From Bacteroidales bacterium UBA4893 (GTDB taxonomy: Bacteria; Bacteroidota; Bacteroidia; Bacteroidales; P3), in the NCBI GenBank assembly GCA_002399025.1, contig DHCV01000027.1, forward strand, positions 1,023-65,022: DNA of 64,000 nt, in the 5' to 3' direction. Of the stretch, positions 54,380 through 63,057 are shown piece after piece. Position 1 is the stretch's first letter. Each line of letters starts with the position of its first letter. Position numbers and translations under genes: made by a program. The notes beneath the pieces are model-generated. The model made no database searches and was not told the DNA's origin. It saw nothing but the letters and a program-made list of their open reading frames with translations.

Positions 54380-56149
54380 TTAGAAACTAATCAAATAAGG
54401 TATTCTTGCTTGAACCCCTTTCATATCAGATATGCTTTTTAGCTCCAAGAAGAATGAATAAGGCTTACCCAACTCTTTTGTAAATAGTTTCAACTCCACT
54501 TCTTGACCCATAGCACTGAAAATTTGCTCAGCAATATCCTTAGTCTTTGGTAGTGTAACAACTCCATAGTCTTGTATCTTAGCCTCTTTAGCAGCTATTT
54601 CAATAGATTTGTATAAACCTCCGAACTCATCAACCAAGCCCAAATTCTTAGCATCCATTCCAACCCATACCCTACCTTTTGCAATGCTATCGATATATTG
54701 GAATGATTTATTTCTTCCTGTTGCCACTCTATCCACAAAGTTATTATAAAATACGTCTATACTCTTTTGCATAATTGCTCTTGTATCGGTTGACATTGGT
54801 GCTACACCTGAAATAAAAACAGAATTTTTGTGGGTTTGAACCGTATCGAAACCTATTCCAATCTTATTTTTTAAGGCTTTTCCAAAATTAGGAATAACTC
54901 CAAACACTCCAATTGAACCGGTTATTGTTATTGGATTAGCAACTATCTTCTGAGCTCCACAAGCCATTTCATATCCTGCTGATGCAGCCACATCTCCCAT
55001 AGAAACTATAACAGGTTTTATCTTATTGGCTTTAATTACCTCATTAGTCATTTGTTCTGAAGCAATTGCATCTCCGCCTCCTGAGTTAATTCTAAGCACA
55101 ATTGCCTTAATCCTACTATTCTCTACTGCCCTTCTTAATTCTCTAACTATTGTCTCGCTTCCAATTGACAAATCTCCACTCTTTCCTTGTCCAACATCAC
55201 CATAAGCATAAATAACAGCAATTTGATCCTTTCCTTTAGGCATAATATCAACAATTGAACTCCTATACTTTCTATATTGAACCCAATTAACTTTCTTCAA
55301 TTTCAAATCTTTCTTGATTTTTTCTTGAATATCTGTTCTAAATGTGAGATTATCAACATATTTATTCTTTAATGCATCTTCTGCCATAAAAGTTTCTAAA
55401 TTTGATACATTTTTATTTAATGTTGAAATATCTATTTTTCTAGATTCTGAAATATTATTTGATATATAACCCCAAATTGAAGAAATATAAGCTTTGATTT
55501 GAGTTCTACTTGCCTCACTCATTTTGTTATTAACAAACATTTCGCCAGCGCTCTTAAAGTCATTATTTGCTGGACGAAGAAGTTCAACATCAATATCAAA
55601 TTTGTTTAAAAGATCCTTAACGAACATCACCTGACCACCAAGACCAGTAAGCTGTACGTGACCAACTGGATTAAGCGCAATCTCATCGGCAACTGTTGCT
55701 AAGTAATATGCGTTCTGAGTGTAGCTATCGCTAAATGCATATATCTTTTTCTTTGACTCCTTAAAGCCTACTAAGGCATCTCTCATTTCTTGAACAGTTG
55801 CCCAACCATTTGCTTGAATTAGTGATAAATCCAGCATAATGGCTTTAATCTTCGGATCTGCTTTTGCTTTATTGACAACTGCAATAAATTCAGTAAGTCC
55901 AATAGATGAACTAATATCAATATCATCCTTATCTGCCATTAATAATGAAGAAAAATCAGATACTTCCCTATCATAAATAGGTTTGTCCAATTTAATTACC
56001 AATACAGAGTTATCATTGATTGTTGGAACGCTCTTGGTAGAAGACGCAATGATTGAAGTTCCAATAACAAAAAGAAGTACAATTATTAGTATGGTTGATA
56101 AAAACACTCCCAAGCAGGAAGCAAACATGAATTTGAAAAATTGTTTCAT
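54380..56149 (-). CDS. sppA: Signal peptide peptidase SppA, 67K type
   Basis: 589-aa ORF with an N-terminal TM and two ClpP/crotonase-like halves (GDVAASAGYEMA, GSIGVFG). Confidence 0.88.
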   Translation of the reverse strand: MKQFFKFMFASCLGVFLSTILIIVLLFVIGTSIIASSTKSVPTINDNSVLVIKLDKPIYDREVSDFSSLLMADKDDIDISSSIGLTEFIAVVNKAKADPKIKAIMLDLSLIQANGWATVQEMRDALVGFKESKKKIYAFSDSYTQNAYYLATVADEIALNPVGHVQLTGLGGQVMFVKDLLNKFDIDVELLRPANNDFKSAGEMFVNNKMSEASRTQIKAYISSIWGYISNNISESRKIDISTLNKNVSNLETFMAEDALKNKYVDNLTFRTDIQEKIKKDLKLKKVNWVQYRKYRSSIVDIMPKGKDQIAVIYAYGDVGQGKSGDLSIGSETIVRELRRAVENSRIKAIVLRINSGGGDAIASEQMTNEVIKANKIKPVIVSMGDVAASAGYEMACGAQKIVANPITITGSIGVFGVIPNFGKALKNKIGIGFDTVQTHKNSVFISGVAPMSTDTRAIMQKSIDVFYNNFVDRVATGRNKSFQYIDSIAKGRVWVGMDAKNLGLVDEFGGLYKSIEIAAKEAKIQDYGVVTLPKTKDIAEQIFSAMGQEVELKLFTKELGKPYSFFLELKSISDMKGVQARIPYLISF

Positions 56150-56163
56150 AATGATTATTTGTT

Positions 56164-56691
56164 TTAATTGTTTTGTTTATTATTATCGTTTACTTTTTCA
56201 ACTAATTGAAGTAATGATTTGTCTAAAGTAATTGTTAGATCAATACCTAAGGAATCAATGCTAACAGTAAAATTATTCTTAGCCTTTTTATGTTTAACCC
56301 TACCTACTAATCCTGCAAATCCCCCATCAATAATCCTTACCATATCGCCAAGTTTCGGAGTAGTTTGAGACTGTATGTCAATCTCAATCTCCTTTTCTAA
56401 CAAAAGCTTTATTGAATTAATTTGATATTCAGGAATAGGACAAGCCTTACCATTGAACCAAACAAACTTTACACATCCATTAATTTTCACTATTTCCCAA
56501 ATATCTTTCTCTTCAATATTTGTAAATATATAAGAAGGTATCAATGGTGTTTCAACTAACTTTTTCCTATCCTTCCATTGCCTTAGCACTTTTCTTAAAG
56601 GTAAATAGACCTCATATCCTCTTTTCAACAACTCTTTCTCGACAATCTTTTCCTTTCTTGGTTGAACATAAAGAGCAAACCAATTCTTCAT
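56164..56691 (-). CDS. UpxY-family NusG-like transcription antiterminator
   Basis: 175-aa ORF. WFALYVQPRKEKIVEKELLKRGYEVYLPL...RQWKDRKKLVETPLIPSYIF is the UpxY N-terminal signature. A KOW-like segment GDMVRIIDGGFAGLVGRV is also present. Confidence 0.85.
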   Translation of the reverse strand: MKNWFALYVQPRKEKIVEKELLKRGYEVYLPLRKVLRQWKDRKKLVETPLIPSYIFTNIEEKDIWEIVKINGCVKFVWFNGKACPIPEYQINSIKLLLEKEIEIDIQSQTTPKLGDMVRIIDGGFAGLVGRVKHKKAKNNFTVSIDSLGIDLTITLDKSLLQLVEKVNDNNKQNN

Positions 56692-56720
56692 ATAATTATT
56701 TTTACGCTATTCACATCATT

Positions 56721-56736
56721 AGTTTCACATGAAACT
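56721..56736. promoter_or_regulatory. 16-bp palindrome AGTTTCA-CA-TGAAACT upstream of the UpxY-like gene (candidate operator)
   Basis: 7-bp perfect inverted repeat with a 2-nt spacer, 30 nt upstream of the ATG at 56691. Confidence 0.3.
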
Positions 56737-56769
56737 CATAATGTAAGTAACTATGACTAAATAGAATTA

Positions 56770-58761
56770 TTAAAAAATACTATCAATTAAATTCTCATCA
56801 GCAATATTAGGAAGAGTAACCTTTAATCTTGGTTCAACCTCCATAGCTCTCTTTATTGAAAAGATAGCACCTTCATTTCTTGCCCAACTTCTTCTTGAAA
56901 TTCCATTATTAACATCCCAGAAAAGCATATTTCTCAGTCTTCTTTCAGCATCATCAGAACCGTCAATAACCATTCCAAAGCCTCCATTTATAACTTCTCC
57001 CCATCCTACTCCACCTCCATTGTGCAAGGAAACCCATGTTGCTCCACGGAAACTATCTCCAATACAGTTTTGAACAGCCATGTCAGCAGTAAAAGAAGAA
57101 CCATCATAAATATTGGAAGTTTCTCTATAAGGACTATCGGTTCCTGAAACATCGTGATGATCTCTTCCCAAAACAATAGGAGCTGATATTCTTCCATCCT
57201 TTATTGCTTTATTGAATTCTGCAGCTATTTTTGTTCTTCCTTCACTATCGGCATAGAGTATGCGTGCCTGAGAACCAACTACCAAATTATTTTCCTTAGC
57301 ACCTTTAATCCATTGAATATTATCCCTCATTTGTTGCTGAATTTCAGCAGGAGATTCTTTTGCAATTTCCTCTAAAACCTCCATAGCAATATGATCACTA
57401 ACATCTAAATCTTCACTTTTCCCAGAAGTACAAACCCAACGGAATGGACCAAAGCCATAATCAAAACACATAGGTCCCATAATATCCTGTACATAGGAAG
57501 GATAACGAAAAGAACCATCTTGATTCATCACATCAGCCTTTGCTCGAGAGGCTTCCAATAGAAAAGCATTTCCATAATCAAAGAAATACATCCCCTTTGC
57601 AGTTAATTTATTAATTGCGGCAACATGACGTCTCAAACTCTCTTGCACCTTTATCTTAAACTCTTCTGGTTTGTCTGCCATCATTATGTTTGACTCTTCA
57701 AAACTAACTCCTACGGGATAATAGCCACCTGCCCAAGGATTATGAAGCGACGTTTGGTCGGAACCCAAATCTACTTTAATATCATTTTCTGCAGCAGACT
57801 CCCATAAATCAACCACATTACCCTGGTAAGCAAAAGATACTACTTCTTTATTTTTTCTTGCTACACTTACTCTTACCCAAAGTTCTTCTAAATTATCATA
57901 AACCTCATCAACCCATTTTTGATTATGACGAGTGTGAGTAGCCTTTGGATTAATTTCTGCTGTTATTGAAACGCATCCTGCAATATTTCCAGCCTTAGGT
58001 TGAGCACCACTCATTCCACCTAAGCCAGCAGTAATAAATAACTTACCTCCAAGCCCATCATTATCAATCTTTCTTCCTGCATTCAAGACAGTTATGGTGG
58101 TTCCATGCACGATTCCCTGAGGTCCAATATACATATAACTTCCAGCAGTCATCTGTCCATATTGAGAAACACCTAAAGCATTAAATTTTTCCCAATCATC
58201 TGGCTTTGAATAGTTAGGGATTACCATTCCATTTGTAACAACAACTCTTGGAGCGTCCTTATGGCTTGGGTATAAGCCCATTGGGTGTCCAGAGTACATA
58301 ACAAGAGTTTGCTCTTCAGTCATTTCAGCTAAGTATTTCATAGTTAGACGATATTGAGCCCAATTTTGGAATACAGCCCCATTTCCTCCATAAGTTATTA
58401 ATTCGTGAGGGTGTTGAGCAACAGCATAATCAAGATTGTTCTGAATCATTAACATAATGGCTGCAGCTTGTTTTGTCTTTGCTGGATACTCCTCAATATC
58501 TCTTGCATACATCTTGTAGTCAGGACGATACCTATACATATAAATTCTTCCATAGGTATCCAATTCTTCCTTAAATTCCTTAGCCAATTCCTTATGAAAC
58601 TTGGAATCAAAATATCTTAATGCATTCTTTAATGCTAATTTCTTCTCCTCTTTTGTAAGTATATCTTTTCTTTTAGGTGCGTGATTTACAGTGAAATCAT
58701 ATTCTTTTTTAGCTGGAAGATAATCAGGAATACCCTCCAAAATAGCTTGCTTGAATTCCAT
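56770..58761 (-). CDS. hutU: Urocanate hydratase
   Basis: 663-aa ORF with the characteristic length and motifs (GGMSGAQP, GTTITVLNAGRK region, WVSLHNGGGVGWGE). Confidence 0.93.
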   Translation of the reverse strand: MEFKQAILEGIPDYLPAKKEYDFTVNHAPKRKDILTKEEKKLALKNALRYFDSKFHKELAKEFKEELDTYGRIYMYRYRPDYKMYARDIEEYPAKTKQAAAIMLMIQNNLDYAVAQHPHELITYGGNGAVFQNWAQYRLTMKYLAEMTEEQTLVMYSGHPMGLYPSHKDAPRVVVTNGMVIPNYSKPDDWEKFNALGVSQYGQMTAGSYMYIGPQGIVHGTTITVLNAGRKIDNDGLGGKLFITAGLGGMSGAQPKAGNIAGCVSITAEINPKATHTRHNQKWVDEVYDNLEELWVRVSVARKNKEVVSFAYQGNVVDLWESAAENDIKVDLGSDQTSLHNPWAGGYYPVGVSFEESNIMMADKPEEFKIKVQESLRRHVAAINKLTAKGMYFFDYGNAFLLEASRAKADVMNQDGSFRYPSYVQDIMGPMCFDYGFGPFRWVCTSGKSEDLDVSDHIAMEVLEEIAKESPAEIQQQMRDNIQWIKGAKENNLVVGSQARILYADSEGRTKIAAEFNKAIKDGRISAPIVLGRDHHDVSGTDSPYRETSNIYDGSSFTADMAVQNCIGDSFRGATWVSLHNGGGVGWGEVINGGFGMVIDGSDDAERRLRNMLFWDVNNGISRRSWARNEGAIFSIKRAMEVEPRLKVTLPNIADENLIDSIF

Positions 58762-58825
58762 TTTATTTATATTTTATATTAATCTAAACCCTCATTCTAA
58801 GTAAAAATCTCTAATAATTAATCTA

Positions 58826-58833
58826 CAAAAGTA
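58826..58833 (-). promoter_or_regulatory. Candidate -7 box (TACTTTTG on minus) for hutU
   Basis: CAAAAGTA on plus lies 64 nt upstream of the ATG at 58761. Confidence 0.35.
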
Positions 58834-58979
58834 CATAATTTATCCCATTTGCACAAAGTTTATTCATGCTTCATAGAAAGAAAGTTTGGAAGAAACTCCT
58901 ATTTTTTTTTAACTTAAGCTTATTTTCAAAAAGTCATGTAAATATTTCTTTAAACTTAGATTAGTCTAAAAGGGAAAAT

Positions 58980-60251
58980 TTACTTCTTATATGAAGCAAT
59001 AAAATCCTTTATGATATTACAGAAATCAAGATGTTTTGTAAAGGAAAGTCCTTCTCCATTATCATAAATAGTATGATACTCATTATATTCGCATCCAAAA
59101 GTAAAAAGAAAGAAGGCTGGAACTCCTTTTTGAACAAAAGGACAATGATCGGAATTGCAACTCTCCCCTCCAATCCTTATTTCATTAAAATATCTCTTCG
59201 TTTCATTAATTTCTTTCATCGTTTTAGAAGCATCAAACTCCTTTTCACCATTAATAAGTGCAATACCTCCCGACCCTGTTCCACACATATCCATATTGAA
59301 TAGGAATTTAACTTTTGTCAAATCTATTAAAGGGTTTTCAGCAGCGAATTTAGAGCCTAAAAGTCCTATTTCTTCGGCAGTTGTGAAAATAAAAACTATA
59401 GAATAATCGGAAGGGTTTTGGGAGTAGTATTTAGCCAAGTCGAGCAGCACAGCAACACCTGAGGCATTATCGTTAGCACCTGGGAAAAAACAATCTTCTC
59501 CAATTTTACCAAGATGATCGTAATGAGCAGTAAACACATAAAAACTATCTTTATGTACCTTACCCTCAACCATTCCCCATACATTTTGAGTTTCATAATC
59601 TTCTACCCAATTAGATTTAATTGATAGTTCCAAGTAGTCAATCTTCTTACTAAACTCTTTATCTTTGAGCATAATGATAGGAAAGTTATACTTTAATCTT
59701 CCGGAGAAGAATTGCATCTTATCACAATTCTGAATAATAAAAATTTGAGGAGAAATTTCTTTTTCATTTAATAGTCTTATTAAGCTATGAACTTTCACAT
59801 AATCAACTTCTTTCACATCAAATAAAAGAACTTTACCATTGTATTTTTCTAAATTTTCTAAATCTTTTTCTTTCGAAAAATCTATTTTTATTGGCTTTAC
59901 ATTTTTTATTTTAAGCTCAACAGTTGGTGAAGAGCCATAAACTAAAAACTCTTCTCCTAATTTCAAATATGAACTATTGATTGAATGAAGCTTAAGAGTT
60001 GAAGAAAGAATATTATTTACATTTATTGGGAGCTTTTGTTGATATGGATAATTCATTATAGACTTAAGTCCACTCTTCACAAGCTCTCTTTCAATGAAAT
60101 TTGCAGCTTTTCTGTCTCCATCTTCTTGATATCCCCTACCCTTAAATTCTTTTGAAATTAGAGAGTCTAAACAATAATGTGCATACTTATATGATTGTGC
60201 ATTTAGAAAATTAGTTACTATAATAAATAGTATTAAAAGTTTAGTTTTCAT
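58980..60251 (-). CDS. M28-family zinc aminopeptidase
   Basis: 423-aa ORF with a signal peptide and metal-ligand motifs AHYDHLG, GANDNASG, EEIGLLGS and NMDMCG. Confidence 0.85.
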   Translation of the reverse strand: MKTKLLILFIIVTNFLNAQSYKYAHYCLDSLISKEFKGRGYQEDGDRKAANFIERELVKSGLKSIMNYPYQQKLPINVNNILSSTLKLHSINSSYLKLGEEFLVYGSSPTVELKIKNVKPIKIDFSKEKDLENLEKYNGKVLLFDVKEVDYVKVHSLIRLLNEKEISPQIFIIQNCDKMQFFSGRLKYNFPIIMLKDKEFSKKIDYLELSIKSNWVEDYETQNVWGMVEGKVHKDSFYVFTAHYDHLGKIGEDCFFPGANDNASGVAVLLDLAKYYSQNPSDYSIVFIFTTAEEIGLLGSKFAAENPLIDLTKVKFLFNMDMCGTGSGGIALINGEKEFDASKTMKEINETKRYFNEIRIGGESCNSDHCPFVQKGVPAFFLFTFGCEYNEYHTIYDNGEGLSFTKHLDFCNIIKDFIASYKK

Positions 60252-60255
60252 ATAT

Positions 60256-60897
60256 TTAGTTATTTGTTTGTATTAAAACACGTTCATTTACCCAGTTTTT
60301 CATCCAAATTTCCTTGTTAATTATCATGTTATCAGTATTTAAGCTATTACCCTTAAGGTCTTTTTTAATCTTTCTTGCATTTCCTTCTTTTATCTGATAA
60401 CCAATCTCTTGTATTAGATGTTCATCATTAGTATTTCCAATTTTCAAAAACACAAAAATCCCTACCTCATTATTAAATTTATCCATCCACTCCCCTGCTC
60501 TATCGTATCCAGAATTTCTTTTCTTGTAAAAGACCTTTTTATTATAGGACTCATAAATATTACCAAATCTTCTTGCCTTCTCAACTCCAATTTTACTTGA
60601 AAGCTTGTACATTAGATAGATATGCCTAAAGGCATCTTGTTCTCCTTCGGAAAAATTAGAATTTAAGTAACTTATATTTAATTGTTTATTTGAAAAACTA
60701 CTTACCTGTTTAGATACTTTCTTTACTTTCAGAGATGAATTTGGATTTGATAATATCCATACTTTATCCTTAAAATCTAAACTCCAAAAAATCTTATTAA
60801 AATTTTGAGAAAAACTATTATGAAAAAAAAATACAAAAATAATAACAGTAAAAATTTTATTCTTCATTGGGATTTTTTTCTGAACTTTTTCTATCAA
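60256..60897 (-). CDS. Secreted protein, function unknown (DAFRH ... MDxxNNxxG motif pair, DUF6973-like)
   Basis: 213-aa ORF with a hydrophobic N-terminus and the motifs EGEQDAFRHIYLMYKL and WMDKFNNEVG. It ends 4 nt upstream of the M28 gene. Confidence 0.5.
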   Translation of the reverse strand: MIEKVQKKIPMKNKIFTVIIFVFFFHNSFSQNFNKIFWSLDFKDKVWILSNPNSSLKVKKVSKQVSSFSNKQLNISYLNSNFSEGEQDAFRHIYLMYKLSSKIGVEKARRFGNIYESYNKKVFYKKRNSGYDRAGEWMDKFNNEVGIFVFLKIGNTNDEHLIQEIGYQIKEGNARKIKKDLKGNSLNTDNMIINKEIWMKNWVNERVLIQTNN

Positions 60898-61149
60898 AAA
60901 TTATTTTTCAAATTTCTTTACTCAAATTTGCTAATAAATTTTAACTATTCTTAACTATTATAGTTTATACTTTGTCAATCTAATAGAAAATTTTCAATTC
61001 TCAATGTTAAAAAACAAAAAAATTATCCTCAAATATACTATAATAATTATCTGTTTACTACGGGTTTAAACTATGAATTAAATGTTAAAATCTATAATTA
61101 TTTGTTGTATTATTTTCTTTCAATTTTTCAATTTTGGAAGAAAAAATAC

Positions 61150-62097
61150 CTATTTTATCAATCCTAATTCTTTTGAAATATCAAGCATCTTAATTATTGG
61201 TTTTTTTGCACTCTCAATTAATTCGTCATTCAAAATAATTTCAAATTTTTCCTCCTCAAGTGAAGCAAGAACCTTATCAATAGTATTAAGTTTCATATAT
61301 TGACAATCATTACAAGCACAACTTTCATCCTGAGTAACTACAATAAACTCCTTATTTGGATTATCCTTCTTAAGTTGGTGTACAATCCCTGATTCTGTGG
61401 CAACTAAGAATTTTTTATTATCACTATTCTTAACATAATTAATCATTGCTGAGGTTGAACCTACATAGTCAGCAATTTTCAATACAGCATCATTACATTC
61501 AGGATGAGCAATTAAGATAGCATCAGGATGTTCTAATTTTTGTTTTAATGTAAATTCTGCTGTCAATAATTCATGAACCTCACAAGTTCCATCCCAAAGA
61601 AGCATATCTCTTCCAGTTATTCTATTAATGTATCCACCTAAATTCTTATCAGGTGCAAATATAATTTTTTGTTCCTTTGGTATTGAGTTAACTATCTGAA
61701 CTGCATTTCCAGAAGTACAAATTATATCGGATAAAGTTTTTATCTTTGCACTACAGTTAATATAGGAAATAACTATATGATCAGGATTTTTTTCTTTGAA
61801 TTTTCTAAACTCATCCTCAGGACAAGAATCTGCTAATGAACAACCTGCCTCTAAATCTGGAATTATTACTTTCTTCTTTGGATTAAGAATTTTGGCTGTT
61901 TCTCCCATAAAGTGAACACCACAAAAGAGAATTAAATCACTTTCAGCATCCTTTGCCTTATTTGCTAAATTTAAACTATCCCCTATAAAATCCGCAATAT
62001 CTTGTATTTCTGGTATTTGATAATAGTGAGCAAGAATAATAGCATTCTTCTCTTCTTTTAACTTTAAAATTCTTTTTATTTTTTCTTCAGTAGTCAT
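61150..62097 (-). CDS. nadA: Quinolinate synthase
   Basis: 315-aa ORF with AIILAHYYQIPEIQDIADFIGDSL, CGVHFMGETAKIL and the C-terminal Cys region. Confidence 0.93.
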   Translation of the reverse strand: MTTEEKIKRILKLKEEKNAIILAHYYQIPEIQDIADFIGDSLNLANKAKDAESDLILFCGVHFMGETAKILNPKKKVIIPDLEAGCSLADSCPEDEFRKFKEKNPDHIVISYINCSAKIKTLSDIICTSGNAVQIVNSIPKEQKIIFAPDKNLGGYINRITGRDMLLWDGTCEVHELLTAEFTLKQKLEHPDAILIAHPECNDAVLKIADYVGSTSAMINYVKNSDNKKFLVATESGIVHQLKKDNPNKEFIVVTQDESCACNDCQYMKLNTIDKVLASLEEEKFEIILNDELIESAKKPIIKMLDISKELGLIK

Positions 62098-62198
62098 TTT
62101 TCTTTCGCTTAAATATATTAATACTTCTTTTTATAATAAATATAATGATTATTATAGCTTGTTAGTATGGTTGAAAACTAATATTAGATTTTTTTGTT

Positions 62199-62590
62199 TT
62201 ATCCAAAAAGATAATTCACCAAACAAGTTCTTAAAAAGTTCTTATATCCTATTTCATTATTAATTAACTAAATAAATTGGTTATTAACAAATATAACAAT
62301 ATAAGTTTTGTTGATAAATATATTATTGAATTCATATGATTTTTGTAGAAAACTCATTTGAAAACTTATTAATAAACCACCAATTTATCCACAAAATTAT
62401 ATCATATAAAATTGATAAACAAATTTTCAACAAAAAATAATTAGATACTAACAATTATATGTAATAATTTTATGGTTTGAAAAATAATTAGTTGCAAAAT
62501 AATTAGTATTTTTGCTAAGTATATTTTGATTTTATTATCAAAGAATTAAAGGTTAGATAGAGTATTTACACAAATTTAAAGTTATCAACA
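62199..62590. other. Cluster of DnaA-box-like 9-mers in a ~490-bp, extremely AT-rich divergent spacer (candidate oriC-type element or DnaA-regulated promoter region)
   Basis: TTATCCACA (perfect) at 62385-62393. TTATCCAAA at 62199-62207. TGTTGATAA (TTATCAACA on minus) at 62309-62317. TTATCAACA at 62582-62590. Confidence 0.3.
62507..62514 (+). promoter_or_regulatory. Candidate -7 box TATTTTTG for rpiB
   Basis: It lies 77 nt upstream of the ATG at 62592. Confidence 0.35.
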
Positions 62591-62591
62591 T

Positions 62592-63044
62592 ATGACAAAT
62601 AATTCAAAAATTATTCCCATAGGCTCCGACCATGCAGGCTATGAATTAAAGGAATATTTAAAGCAAGAACTCTCAAAATTAGGCTATAACCTTAAAGATT
62701 ATGGAACTTTTTCATTAGATAGTTGCGATTATCCTGATTTTATTCATCCTTTGGCAAAGGATATTAATGATGGAGTTTATCCATTAGGAATAATTATGTG
62801 TGGAAGTGGTAATGGGGTTCAAATGACTGCAAATAAATATATAAATGTTCGCTGTGCACTATGTTGGGAAGTGGAAATTGCTTCTTTGGCAAGACAACAT
62901 AATGATGCTAATATTTGTTCATTACCTGCAAGATTTGTTAGTAGGGAAGAGGGTTTAAAGATTGTAAAAACATTCTTGGAAACACAATATGAAGGTGGAA
63001 GACATCAAAGAAGGGTAGAAAAAATTTCACAAATATTAAAGTAA
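62592..63044 (+). CDS. rpiB: Ribose-5-phosphate isomerase B
   Basis: 150-aa ORF with the motifs IGSDHAGYELKE, CGSGNGVQMTANK and FEGGRHQRRV-like YEGGRHQRRV. Confidence 0.93.
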   Translation: MTNNSKIIPIGSDHAGYELKEYLKQELSKLGYNLKDYGTFSLDSCDYPDFIHPLAKDINDGVYPLGIIMCGSGNGVQMTANKYINVRCALCWEVEIASLARQHNDANICSLPARFVSREEGLKIVKTFLETQYEGGRHQRRVEKISQILK

Positions 63045-63057
63045 TTAGACCAAGTCT

